A DNA stretch of 64,000 bases from Octopus sinensis (lineage: Eukaryota). Where the stretch lies: assembly GCF_006345805.1 (NCBI RefSeq), contig NC_043023.1, positions 17,918,001 through 17,982,000 on the forward strand, given 5' to 3'. Shown here piece by piece: positions 1-11,981 of this stretch (within the stretch, counting starts at the first letter, position 1; the number at the start of each line of letters is the position of its first letter). The notes beneath the pieces were generated by a model. It did no database searches. It was not told the DNA's origin and saw only the letters and a list, made by a program, of their open reading frames with translations. Made by a program: the position numbers and the translations under genes.

Positions 1-1118
1 CGCCTCCGCCACGCGGGCCCATCGAGCGGCTCTAGTCCCCTCCCCGCTTAGCGAACGTGCCTTAGCTCTGACAACGCAGCCTTCGTGTTTGGCGTCGAAG
101 TGTTGGTCGAGGGCCAACCTTGCCGCCAACACGTCGGTCGCGATGCCAGTGTCAAGAGCCTCGTCTAGTTTCTTAACTAAATCCCGCTCTCTCTTCCTAC
201 GTTCAATAGCTAGAGTCTTACTATACCTAATCGACTCTACTCTAATTGCTCTCTTGAGGGCAAACCACCAGTTGTTGTTGATGATTGCCCCCGTGAGCGC
301 CCGCTTAACTAGTAAACTAATCCGGTCTCTGTAAGCTTTGCACGCCGTTAACGACGCGTTCAGCTTCCAGTAGCCGGGTCCCTGTCTATGTAGCCTATCT
401 AAGTCGACCGTACAGATCACTAATTTGTGGTCCGTATATTCGACTAGGTGGAATTGTGGACACCCTACGCTGTCCTTATCCGCTGGCCTACAAAACACTC
501 TATCTAAGTACGATCTAGACGACCGATGCGGTTGTCCAAGTCCACATTGGCACATTCGGGTTGTCTAGTCGAAACCTGTCGGACAGCTGAAAGCGGCCGA
601 GTAGGTTGGCGAGGCTCTTGCACCCTCCCCCTCTCCTATCAGACGCTCCCCTGCCCACCCGATCGAAACGTTCGTCTAAGACAGCGTTCCAATCCCCAAC
701 TAGTACTAGAGTGCGTGACGTTCCCAGGAAAACTTCCAGACGTTTGAAATAATCCGACTGCCCTGCTCCTGTCGGAGCGTAGGCAGCCAGCAGTCTGAAA
801 GCACCGCCGTCACTACCGTCCACGTCGAGGACCACCAACTTACCTTCCGGATCCAAGAAGACTGTCCTTATTTTCAGGTCCAGGCCCTTCCGAAACAACC
901 ACCGCAGTACCACCACCGCCCGCTCCCGGCCGACACGGAGATAGAAATATCTCGTATCCGCCGAAAAGGGCTGCGAGTTCCTGCGGGTCGGAGAGCCTGG
1001 TTTCACTGATGGCTGCTACATCCACATCATGAAACCTCAGGTCGTTTAACAGGTGACCCTGTTTCCAAGGTGACCCGAGGCCTCTCACATTCAAGCAACC
1101 GATTCTAAGATTTGCCAT
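1..1118 (-). pseudogene. Tx1 copy B ORF2 N-terminal APE endonuclease region, frameshifted
   Basis: ORFs 840-1118 and 515-1006 give GCLNVRGL, AAISETRL, LLAAYAPT, LVGDWNAVLD. Confidence 0.9.
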
Positions 1119-1162
1119 GTTTCAAAAGTTAGGGGAAAAAAAAAGGAGAAAAAAGGCTCTAC

Positions 1163-2996
1163 TTACTGTTGTTGGTGGTGGGGGTGGCTCCCTTGTGCTT
1201 TTGCACGGGTGCTTCCACAATATTTTTGTAAAGTTTCTTCGAGAAACTTTTCCCTAACGATCCCACATCGTTAGGGAATATTTGTTTTATTTCATAATAT
1301 GTTTGTTTATTTTTATTGTGAGAATGTGTGCTGGTGGTGTGTTTTGTGTTGGTATTATGAAATCTGTAATGTTTGTACTTGTTTTGTTTTTAAAAACTCC
1401 ACAGTTTGGTTCTTGTGTTATGCTGTAATGTGTCTGTGTGTGTTGTGGTGTGTGGCAGTGGCAGTAGTGGTGTCGAAAGTGTTGTTGTTGTTGTTGTTGT
1501 GAGTGTGTGTGTTGTTGTTGTTGTTGTTGTTGATGTTGGGAAGTACTATTTGTTCGTGCTTCCCCTGTAAATCTTTTGTTTTTTCCTCTTTTCTTCTTTG
1601 GAGGCACTATGTTCCATTCTCCTTTGTTGGAATCAGAGCTCGCACAATCCGACTCTTCATCCGGCAAAGGAATGGTTGAGGGGTCTGCTTCAGTAGCAGG
1701 ACGAAAAGTTTCTGGTTCCACCGGTATCGGTGGTGCCGCTGCTCCTGTTACTGTTGATGTCGCTGCTGTCGACCTTCGAGGTAGGTGTTGGTGTGGTGTG
1801 TTGGTGGTGGTTGTCGGTGTTGTTTGGTGGTGGTTGTTGTTGTTGGAGGTGGTGTGTTTCTTGGTGCTGGTGTTGGTGATGGTGTTGGTGGTGTGGCAGC
1901 CTTTGGTTTTCTTGCTGTTTTTGTTGTTTCTGTTGTTGTTGCTTGTGTTGTTGTGGTTGTTGTGTTGTTGCTGCTGCCTCTTGCTATACTCTCCATTCTC
2001 TTTTTTTGAATGGGGCAGTCCCTTTTTAGGTGGCTTTCGCTACTGCAGAGGAAATTTTGGCTTTCGCCCCTCTACAATAACATTTAGCCTGGTCCCATCC
2101 AGCAAGATGACAAAGTCAGGTATGGCATTGGTTTTCCTGCTGGATCTGTACCAGCAGTTGAATACCCATGCCTGACCAGTTCTTTTCTCGTACCCTCCGA
2201 ACATTCAGAATAGTGGCAGTGTCCTCTATGCCATAGAGGACAGCCGCCACTAGCCATGAGATTTTCTGTTCGGGGGGTATTGTGCTTATAGTTATTTTTT
2301 GTACCTTACGCCCGAGGTACGTCGGGACGAGGAACAAATGTTCATTTTGCAAGGGCGAAATGGCGTTCGCCCTTGCAAGCTCCTCTGTTGGGAAGCGAAC
2401 CTCCACGGTTCCAAATCGCTTCCCTCTTGTCACATAGCTCTTTGGCCCCAAATGGGCTTCAGAGCCATCTCCAACTGTTGTGGTGTGGCGGTAAACAATC
2501 TTTTAGTTTTCTTTTCGAAGACTTAAAAAGATTGTTCTTTTGTTTGTCTCTTGTGTGAGTTGTTGAGGTGTGTGAGGAAAACACTGTTCCCCTCCTTTCT
2601 CAACAAATCTTGTGCCATTTTTATGTCCTCCATTGTAATTTCTACATCTTCCGAAATTTGCTTCGCAGCAGAAGCAAAATCGTTAGAAGCTTTTACAGTT
2701 TTTTGTTGGTTCTTGTCTGTGTTTGTGTCTGTTATAATTTTCTTTACCTCCCCCTTCGGTACAGCATCACTTGTTGAAGGCAGAGGGGGGAAATCAAGAG
2801 TGACGTCGAACGCGACGTCCTGGCATGCATTCTCCTTTTGAACCGAGCGCGTGCTCTCCGGTTCGGAAGGAGGATCTTTGTTGCCTTTTACGGCTTGAAA
2901 TGGGTTGTACGTAACCCGTGACGTTATTTTTTTTTGTTCTTGTGGAGGGGGTGTTGCAAGAAGGAGGGAAGAGCCAGCAGCTCGTTTCAAAGCCAT
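1163..2996 (-). pseudogene. Tx1 copy B ORF1 (gag-like), frameshifted
   Basis: Fragments MALKRAAGSS..., RGKRFGTVEVRFPTEE...NWSGMGIQLL match copy A ORF1. Stop TAA at 1163-1165. Confidence 0.8.
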
Positions 2997-3595
2997 TTTG
3001 TAAATATGTGTGTGCAAAAATGTCAATTTCAAAATAAAAAAAAGTAAAAAACAGGCCACAGCAAAACACACCCCAACCACCCAACAGCTCAGGTGCCTCG
3101 CTCATATAAAAAAAATTCCATTTTATCCACATAAAACAGCAATTTCACCCCAAGGGGCAAAAATTTCGCCAACCGACGAGCTCCGCAAGAAGCCGGTCGG
3201 TTTGGCTACAAAAATATTAAAAAATATTCAAGCTTATAAAAATTCATAAATTGGCACAAAACTCACAGAGTGATCACGTACGTCCATCGGCGTCGGAAGG
3301 AATAATAATAATAATCAATTCTTTTTTATTGGCCACAAGGGCTAACACGCATGATTACATAAAGGGACAAGACAGGACGAAAGGTTACAAAGGGTTTTGC
3401 GTTTTTTTTTAAAACATCGAGTAAAAATCTTTATAACAACTTATAAAATTCAACAATGAAAAACTCCCAAAATGGGAGACGTCTCGAAATGTTCCGGTGG
3501 AAAAAACCCTACAAAAGCCAACGGGAGCCTGGTCAAAAAAAGGGGGTGTAGAGAGTCCCCTTTCTTCTCCTTTTACATTACCTTTTTCTTTGAAA

Positions 3596-6500
3596 TCACA
3601 GGCGAAACCTGAGAACTGGTCCATTTATACAGGCCAGTCTCGCACAATTCACCCACCTTTCATAAAACTTGCTATCGGACAGCACTTTCCTCTCTAACCT
3701 CATCTTCCTTTTCAAGTGAAACTTGAAAAAGTTGATGAGGCCTTGACCAAAGAGGAAAGTGTCTGTCTTTAGCCCTTTCAAACGAGTCCACCACACGACC
3801 TCTTTCGCCACAGCCACTAGGCACAAGAAAACGGCCTCGCCCTCCTTGTTAAAGGAGGTCGGCGGGGCAATCTTCACTATGGATTCGGCCGATAGTCGGA
3901 TCCGTCCTACACGTGACAGTAGCTGTTCGACATAAACCCATATTTCAGCAATACTCGGGCACTGGACGAGTGCGTGCAGAACGGTTTCGTCGTCCTGGCA
4001 ACACCTCGGGCAGGCCCGGCTGACGGCACTTCCGTGCGGTAGAGTAGAGTTTATCTCGAACAGGCAGAGCCCCTCGGTAGCACTGCCAGGCGAGAGACCT
4101 CTGGAAATTATCCATCGGCCCCGGCCCGAAAGTCCTCCCGAACAGACCGCTCAGTTCGTCGTCTTCAACGCCTAGAGTTTCCCCGAGAACGTCGTCGCAT
4201 TTTTCCTCCACTAACCCTCTATAGAACGCTAGAGTGGAGCTGTAACCGACCGCATTGCCCGCCTGGCGGAGGGCGGAGAGGGCTTGACGGCACTCGAGGT
4301 GCCAAGCGCCCTTTCTCGGTCTACGTTTGATCCAGGTCTGCAGCTCCGTCAAAGAGACGAGCTGCGGAAAATCGCGTCTGACAAAAGACGACCACACCTG
4401 TTCACCGTCTAGGAAGCGCTTGAGATGCCGCAGCCTGAGCGCATGTCTGCGCAACAGCAACCACGGCATTCCAAGGCCTCCGTTCAGCGGTCGTTGACAG
4501 CAGATGGATCGCCTGACCAGTGGCACCTGACCCTTCCACAAAAAGTCGAAGAGCAGGCGTACCAGCTTGGCCAACCAGCGGTCGGGACAAGGGACGACGG
4601 TCAAGCGGTAATAGATGACGGATGCGATGTACGCATTCGCCACCTCCGCTCGACCTTTCAGGGACAGCTTCCTCTCGGCCCATTTTGGGTGAGACGTGCC
4701 ACCCTGCTCGTCACCTCTTCCCAGTTCTTATCCACCTGGAGGTCCGGACCGAACCAGACCCCGAGCAGTTTAACGGGTCCGTCTGTCCAGCGCCCTACGA
4801 CGCTGTTGGACGGCATGGGCTTGCCTCTCCAGGTGCCCAGTTGCAAGCCCACAGACTTTTCCGCGTTAATCTTTGCCCCTGTCACCGCTTCGTACTGGTT
4901 TAGCGTCTCGCCAATCAGGCCAATGTGCCTGTGGCTCGACACCACCACGGTGACGTCGTCGGCATAAGCAGACACGCTGTTTCCGCCTCCTAGATCGCGC
5001 GGGATGCCCCTCAAAGCCTCCAACTTGCGCAGTAATGGCTCGAGAGTCAAAATGTACAAGAGGGAGGAGAGAGGGCATCCTTGGCGGACCGAACGCGAGA
5101 TGTCGAACGGTTCCGAAAGGTGACCGTTCACCCGTATCACCGAGCAGATGTTGCTGCTGTATAAAGCAGCGATCCACCCGCGGAAGACTGGACCGAAGCC
5201 GGCTGCCTTGAGGACAGCTGCGAGGTACCGATGGTCGACCCTATCGAAGGCTTTACTCTGATCCAAGTTGATCAAAGCCCCACCCGCGCCAGCGTCGTTA
5301 CCCACCCTCTCTATGATGTAGCGCATGAGATGGAGGTTGTCGTGTATCGACCTGGTCGGCACGGCGCATGTCTGCGTCCCGCCGACCAGCTTGTCCACGA
5401 CAAGCGCCAATCTCTTGGCTAGCACCTTGGCCAAAATCTTCAACTCTGCATTGAGCAGAGTGATGGGCCGGAAATTCCCTATAACGTCCCCCTTGTTTGG
5501 GTCCTTCTTTAGCAAAGCCACCACCCCTCGACAGACAAAAGCAGGAATTCTCCCGTTTTGCTGCCAGTTGCAGTAGACGTTTGCCAACAGGTCCGCAAAC
5601 AAGTCTGGCATTGAAAAGTAAAGCTCGTAGGGCAGACCATCCAAAACCGGCGATCTACCTCTCGTGCAACTCTTCATCGCTTCCTGTACTTCCAGGCAGA
5701 TATCGGTCCTTCGCAGCACTCTGCCTCGCTGTCCGAGAGTTGCGGCAGTCCGTCCAGGTACACACCGAAGTCTGTACCGTTGGTGTCCGTTCCACCGCTC
5801 GTCCCAAACAGTTGAGCAAAGTGCCGCTGAAGCACCGTACACATCTGCTTCGGTTGGGTAACCTCGCGCCCGTTCTGGTCCACCAAAGACCGAATGGTTG
5901 CTCTGTTGCCTCGCTTCGCCTCCGCCACGCGGGCCCATCGAGCGGCTCTAGTCCCCTCCCCGCTTAGCGAACGTGCCTTAGCTCTGACAACGCAGCCTTC
6001 GTGTTTGGCGTCGAAGTGTTGGTCGAGGGCCAACCTTGCCGCCAACACGTCGGTCGCGATGCCAGTGTCAAGAGCCTCGTCTAGTTTCTTAACTAAATCC
6101 CGCTCTCTCTTCCTACGTTCAATAGCTAGAGTCTTACTATACCTAATCGACTCTACTCTAATTGCTCTCTTGAGGGCAAACCACCAGTTGTTGTTGATGA
6201 TTGCCCCCGTGAGCGCCCGCTTAACTAGTAAACTAATCCGGTCTCTGTAAGCTTTGCACGCCGTTAACGACGCGTTCAGCTTCCAGTAGCCGGGTCCCTG
6301 TCTATGTAGCCTATCTAAGTCGACCGTACAGATCACTAATTTGTGGTCCGTATATTCGACTAGGTGGAATTGTGGACACCCTACGCTGTCCTTATCCGCT
6401 GGCCTACAAAACACTCTATCTAAGTACGATCTAGACGACCCGATGCGGTTTGTCCAAGTCCACATTGGCACATTCGGGTTGTCTAGTCGAAACCTGTCGG

Positions 6501-7034
6501 ACAGCTGAAAGCGGCCGAGTAGGTTGGCGAGGCTCTTGCACCCTCCCCCTCTCCTATCAGACGCTCCCCTGCCCACCCGATCGAAACGTTCGTCTAAGAC
6601 AGCGTTCCAATCCCCAACTAGTACTAGAGTGCGTGACGTTCCCAGGAAAACTTCCAGACGTTTGAAATAATCCGACTGCCCTGCTCCTGTCGGAGCGTAG
6701 GCAGCCAGCAGTCTGAAAGCACCGCCGTCACTACCGTCCACGTCGAGGACCACCAACTTACCTTCCGGATCCAAGAAGATGTTCTTATTTTCAGGTCCAG
6801 GCCCTTCCGAAACAACACCGCAGTACCACCACCGCCCGCTCCCGGCCGACACGGAGATAGAAATATCTCGTATCCGCCGAAAAGGGCTGCGAGTTCCTGC
6901 GGGTCGGAGAGCCTGGTTTCACTGATGGCTGCTACATCCACATCATGAAACCTCAGGTCGTTTAACAGGTGACCCTGTTTCCAAGGTGACCCGAGGCCTC
7001 TCACATTCAAGCAACCGATTCTAAGATTTGCCAT
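3596..7034 (-). pseudogene. Tx1 copy A ORF2 (APE endonuclease + reverse transcriptase), several frameshifts
   Basis: ORFs 6624-7034, 5674-6852, 4658-5938, 3945-4643 and 3596-3877. Motifs GYWKLNASL, FRPITLLNAELKILAK, LDQSKAFDRVDH, RQGCPLS, YADD. Confidence 0.93.
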
Positions 7035-7077
7035 GTTTCAAAAGTTAGGGAAAAAAAAAGGAGAAAAAAGGCTCTAC

Positions 7078-8929
7078 TTACTGTTGTTGGTGGTGGGGGT
7101 GGCTCCCTTGTGCTTTTGCACGGGTGCTTAATAATATTTTGTAAAGTTTCTGAGAGAAACTTTTCCCTAACGATCCCACATCGTTAGGGAATATTTGTTT
7201 TATTTCGTTTTAAACAGTTTTGTTTTTTTAATGTGAGAATGTGTGCTGTGGTGTGTTGTGTGTAGGTATTATGAAAATATGAATCTGTATGTTGGCTTGT
7301 TTTGTTTCAAATACTCAACCAGTTCCTGGTTTCTGGTATTCACTGCTGTAATCGTGTCTGTAATTGTGTCTCTGGTGTTTGTGTCTGTGGTAGTGGCAGT
7401 AGTGGTGTCGAAAGTGTGTTGTTGTTGTTTGTTGTTGTGCGTGTGTTTGTTGTTGATGTTGTTGTTGATGTTGGGAAGTACTGTTTGTTCGTGCTTCCCC
7501 TGTAAATCTTTTTGTTTTTCCTCCTTTTCTTTTTTGGAGGAACTATGTTCCATTCTCCTTTGTTGGAATCGGAGCTCGCACAATCCGAGATCTCTTCATC
7601 CGGCAAAGGAATGGTTGAGGGGTCTGCTTCAGTAGCAGGACGAAAAGTTTCTGGTTCCACCGGTATCGGTGGTGCCGCTGCTCCTGTTACTGTTGATGTC
7701 GCTGCTGTCGACCTTCGAGGTACTGGTGTCGGTTGGTTTGGTGGTGGTTGTCGGTGTTGGTTGGTGGTGTTGTTGTTGGAGGTGGTGTTGCTCGTCTTGG
7801 TGCTGGTGTTGGTGATGGTGTGTTGGTGTGGCATCCTTGGTGTTTCTTGCTGTTTTTGTTGTTTGTTGTTGTTGCTTGTGTGTTGTTGTGTTGTTGTTGT
7901 TGTTGCTGCTGCCTCTTGCTATATCTTCCATTCTTTTTTTGAATGGGGCAGTCCCTTTTTAGGTGGCTTTCGCTACTGCAGAGGAAACATTTTGGCTTTC
8001 GCCCCTCTACAATAACATTTAGCCTTGTCCCATCCAGCAAGATGACAAAGTCAGGTATGGCATTGATGTTTTCCTGCTGGATCTGTACCAGCAGTTGAAT
8101 TCCCATGCCTGACCAGTTCTTTTCTCGTACCCTCCGAACATTCAGAATAGTGGCAGTGTCCTCTATGCCATAGAGGACAGCCGCCACTAGCCATGAGATT
8201 TTCTGTTCGGGGGGTATTGTGCTTATAGTTATTTTTTGTACCTTACGCCCGAGGTACGTCGGGACGAGGAACAAATGTTCATTTTGCAAGGGCGAAATGG
8301 CGTTCGCCCTTGCAAGCTCCTCTGTTGGGAAGCGAACCTCCACGGTTCCAAATCGCTTCCCTCTTGTCACATAGCTCTTCTGGCCCCAAATGGGCTTCAG
8401 AGCCATCTCTAACTGTGTGGTGTGGCGTTAAACAATCTTTTAGTTTTCTTTTCGAAGACTTTATAAAAGATTGTTCTTTTGTTTGTCTCTTGTGTGAGTT
8501 GTTGAGGTGTGTTGAGGAAAACACTGTTCCCCTCCTTTCTCAACAAATCTTGTGCCATTTTTATGTCCTCCATCGTATATCTACATCTTCCGAAATTTGC
8601 TTCGCAGCAGAAGCAAAATCGTTAGAGTTTTAACATTTTTTTGTTGGTTCTTGTCTGTATTTTTGTCTGCTATAAGTTTTTTTCCTCCCTCTTCGGTACA
8701 GCATCACTTGTTGAAGGCAGAGAGGGGGAAATCAAGAGTGACGTCGAACGCGACGTCCTGGCTTGCATTCTCTTTTGAACCGAGCGCGTGCACTCCGGTT
8801 CGGAAGGAGGATCTTTGTTGCCTTTTACGGCTTGAAATGGGTTGTACGTAACCCGTGACGTTGCCTTTTGTTCTTGTGGAGGGGGTGTTGCAAGAAGGAG
8901 GAAGAGCCAGCAGCTCGTTTTAAAGCCAT
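7078..8929 (-). pseudogene. Tx1 copy A ORF1 (gag-like, zinc knuckle), frameshifted
   Basis: ORF 7687-8406 contains VEGRKPKCFLCSSESHLKRDC. ATG at 8927-8929. The C-terminal frame QIFPNDVGSLGKSFSQKLY...QQQ* ends at 7078. Confidence 0.82.
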
Positions 8930-9149
8930 TTTGTAAATGTGTGTGTGCATAAAAAATGTCAATTTCAATGTAATAAAGAGCAATTTCACCCCGAAGGGGC
9001 AAAATTTCGCCCAACCGACGAGCTCCGCAAGAAGCCGGTCGGTTTGGCTACAAAAATATTAAAAAATATTCAAGCTTATTAAAAAATTTCCAATAAAATT
9101 GGCACAAAACTCACAGAGCTGATTCACGTACGTCCATCGGCGTCGGGAG

Positions 9150-9150
<1 letters not shown>

Positions 9151-9212
<62 letters not shown>

Positions 9213-9272
9213 TAATAACAATAACAATAATAATGAGAAGAAGAAGAAGAATGAGAAAAAGAAGAAGAAGAA

Positions 9273-9325
<53 letters not shown>

Positions 9326-9435
9326 TGATAATATAATAATAATTATAATAATGAGAAGAAGAAGAAGAAGAAAAAGAAGAAGAAGAAGAAGAAGAAGAAG
9401 AAGAAGAAGAAGAAGAAGAAGAAGAAGAAGAAGAA
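9151..9435. repeat. (AAT)n/(AAC)n/(AAG)n compound microsatellite
   Basis: Seen directly. Confidence 0.97.
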
Positions 9436-9788
9436 TTACTGTATGAATAATCTTCTTCTAAATATACAATTACATGTGATATTCAATGATGTGAATTAGC
9501 ATCGATCTATCGATCTAGTTGTAATCACCGTACATAATGTGCATATCGTATTACACTCATATATGAATGCACTTCTTCGGACACAGAGGCAAATACATGC
9601 ATTTGCTGAAAAGTTCCCTCTCAATTCTCACCCTTTCCTATATGCCATATCTTATACATGGGGCTTCCCACTCTTTAACACACAATTACAGAAAGGTGGA
9701 GGATCATATAATCAAGTAAGGGACGATATTACAAATATGGAAATATATCGGCAATGATATACTATAAATAAAAATTGATTTGACTTAC

Positions 9789-9860
9789 AGTCTTATCAAA
9801 CTGGTCAGGTTTCTGAAGGTTTCAGGTTTTATTTGATTCAGTTTATTAAAGCTCAAATCC
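9789..9860 (-). CDS. 72-bp LRR exon (x-DLSFNKLNQIKPETFRNLTSLIR-L), phase 2/2
   Basis: Acceptor ttttatgttccag, donor gtaagtca, exactly 72 bp, typical LRR consensus. Intron flanks are homologous to those of the other LRR exons. Confidence 0.88.
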
Positions 9861-9991
9861 CTGGAACATAAAATTGAGTCAAGATGAAACTTTATGGAAC
9901 ATGTTTTTGGATGTATATAACATATTTCGAGTAAAGAATTAGACTATGGAAATCATGAAGAGTTGATTACGGTTTTTGGAAGTATATAACA

Positions 9992-10385
9992 CTAGCAGTA
10001 TCGCCCGGCGTTGCTCGGGTTTGTAAGGGAAATAACTATATAAGCATTTTTAGAGAGTTATAGCCAAAAAATAGCAAAAAAATGCATCAAAAATGGAAAA
10101 AAATTAAGGTAAATTTTTTTTTATTAGTTGACACATCGTAGATATTTTTAGAGAGTTACCTCCCTTATATAATAGCGGAAAATGCATTAAAATGGGAAAA
10201 TATGATGGTAAATCTTTTTTAAATCGTAGACTCATCGTAGACGCGCGCTAATACCCAGAAGGGCTCGATATGGATCACGACTATAAGATACCCGCTTTTG
10301 GTTAAACTGCACCGCAAAATGTGGGAGTAGTTACGAATCTAAATCGTAGGAGACAGCCACACAACTTCACTTTTATATATAAAGA
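9992..10385 (-). mobile_element. Non-autonomous Helitron (~400 bp)
   Basis: On the - strand it starts A|TC(TTTATATAT) and ends with hairpin CCCGAGCAACGCCGGG followed by CTAG|T. Confidence 0.75.
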
Positions 10386-10694
10386 TATAAACCACGTAGT
10401 TATATACACATACTTTGTTATATACACATTATTAAAAGAAAATGTTATTTTGAACACAACATTTATAAAGAATAAAATATTTTTTGGTTTTTCTTTTAAA
10501 CGGATGAATACATTTATTAATAACTATATATAAGTGTCGTCTGTTTATACATAAACGGTGTTTCATACTGCAATTATATATACATATATCTATATATAAT
10601 ATTATATAATAAAATACATACAGAATATATGTATATATGTATATATGTATATATTTATGTATGTTCCGCTGGACGGAAGACGGAAGAGATTAAA

Positions 10695-11971
10695 ATGGAG
10701 GACACAAAATACAAAAAATACAAAAATATGTTTGTAAGGGAGGAGAATAATATAAAAGCCACCCTCCCAGAAGATATTAAAAATGAAACACAAAGAAGGA
10801 TAATGATTTACAAATCATTTGTAATAAAAGAGAAAAAATCGAAGAAGTAACAAAAGAACAGGCAGAGAAGTGCCTGCAACCAATATGGCAAGACATAGAT
10901 TTCGTGACATGGGGCAAAAAGTACGCCACAATAATGGTCTATTTTAAGAGCGAGCAAATGGCATGAAAGCACTCGCTAACCCCATTTCAGGCGAGTGATA
11001 TTGTTCTCTTGCTTTCTTATTTGGGGCAGAGGTCAGCCAAAATAAGAATCGAGGAAATACCTCCAGAAATCGAGGTAAAGTGGTTGCTTCCAGCCTTGCT
11101 AATAGGGCTGGAAGAAAAAATAAGTGTTATAGAGATAACAAAGATCAGGATGGAAAACTGGAGAGGTCAAACTCTTCAAGTGACAGTACAGGCGGCCCCA
11201 AAGACATTGGAGGAGGTCGCAGAAAATATCAATTTCAGCAATGAAATAAATTTGCGCGTGGTGGTGGAGGCCCGAAAGCCTCGATGCTACGGATGTGGTG
11301 AGAAAGGCCACATCCGTATAGACTGCTCCACCCGCAAGAAAGAAGAAGAAGAAAGAAAAAGGACGGAAGCAGAGGAGAAGAGGAAAAAAGAGACGGTGGA
11401 AGACAAAACAACAGAAGAAAATGCCTTCACACTGGTGAGGCAAAAAAAAAACACCAAAAAGAAAAAAATGAAGACTTAAACCCACCCACCCCATGCACAA
11501 GCAAAAAGAAAAATAACACACAGGGGGGAAAATTTACCCCACCCAACCACGGTTCCCCACAAAAGAAAAGAAAGAGAAGACCCTCCCAACCCAACCCGAA
11601 CAACCACTCCCACCCCTACCTCCCAGTGTCGAACAATTCCCTCCCCTCCCAAACTACTCCCCACCGTCCACCCCATCACCCCCACGAAGCCCAAAGAAAA
11701 AAATGGAAGGTTTAGAGATGGTGTACATCTCAATAAACAAAGATAATGATAGGTTGGTGAAACTTATTGATGAAGACCCAACAGCGGAAAAAATTCAAAC
11801 TTACAGTGTATGCCCAAAAATGTAGAAGTGTGTAAGATCGACATGTTAAATTACAACATTATACATGAGGAATACCCAAAATACATTAAAGGTCCGCGTC
11901 TCGACTTGCATGAGTCGTTGTATAAAGCGGACTTCCCCCCACGACCAACGGAAAAAAGGAAAACCAACTAA
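10695..11971 (+). pseudogene. Tx1-C ORF1
   Basis: Fragments MEDTKYKKY..., VVVEARKPRCYGCGEKGHIRIDC, P-rich linker, and C-terminal ...LDLHESLYKADF...TN*. Confidence 0.8.
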
Positions 11972-11981
11972 AAGGTAGGTG

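Larger units (their letters stand above)
1..3300 (-). mobile_element. Tx1-clade (L1 group) non-LTR retrotransposon, copy B (3' part runs off the window)
   Basis: Near-identical to copy A (3316-9150). Has ORF1 with Q/T/P-rich tail and ORF2 starting MANLRIGCLNVRGL (APE motifs ISET, AYAP, GDWN). 5' end abuts (AAT)5 at 3301-3315. Confidence 0.93.
3316..9150 (-). mobile_element. Tx1-clade non-LTR retrotransposon, full-length copy A (~5.8 kb)
   Basis: 5'UTR, ORF1 with CX2CX4HX4C knuckle (CFLCSSESHLKRDC), ORF2 APE+RT, 3'UTR ending AATAAAAAAGAATTG. Flanked by (AAT)n on both sides. Confidence 0.95.

Noticed and set aside
4425-6250. + strand ORFs opposite Tx1-A ORF2, and similar antisense ORFs over C, D and the PLE
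   Set aside because: Shadow frames of GC-richer retroelement coding sequence.
9040-9150. HDV-like ribozyme at the Tx1-A/B 5' end
   Set aside because: Could not assign P1/P2/P3/P1.1 by eye. Only simple hairpins are reported.
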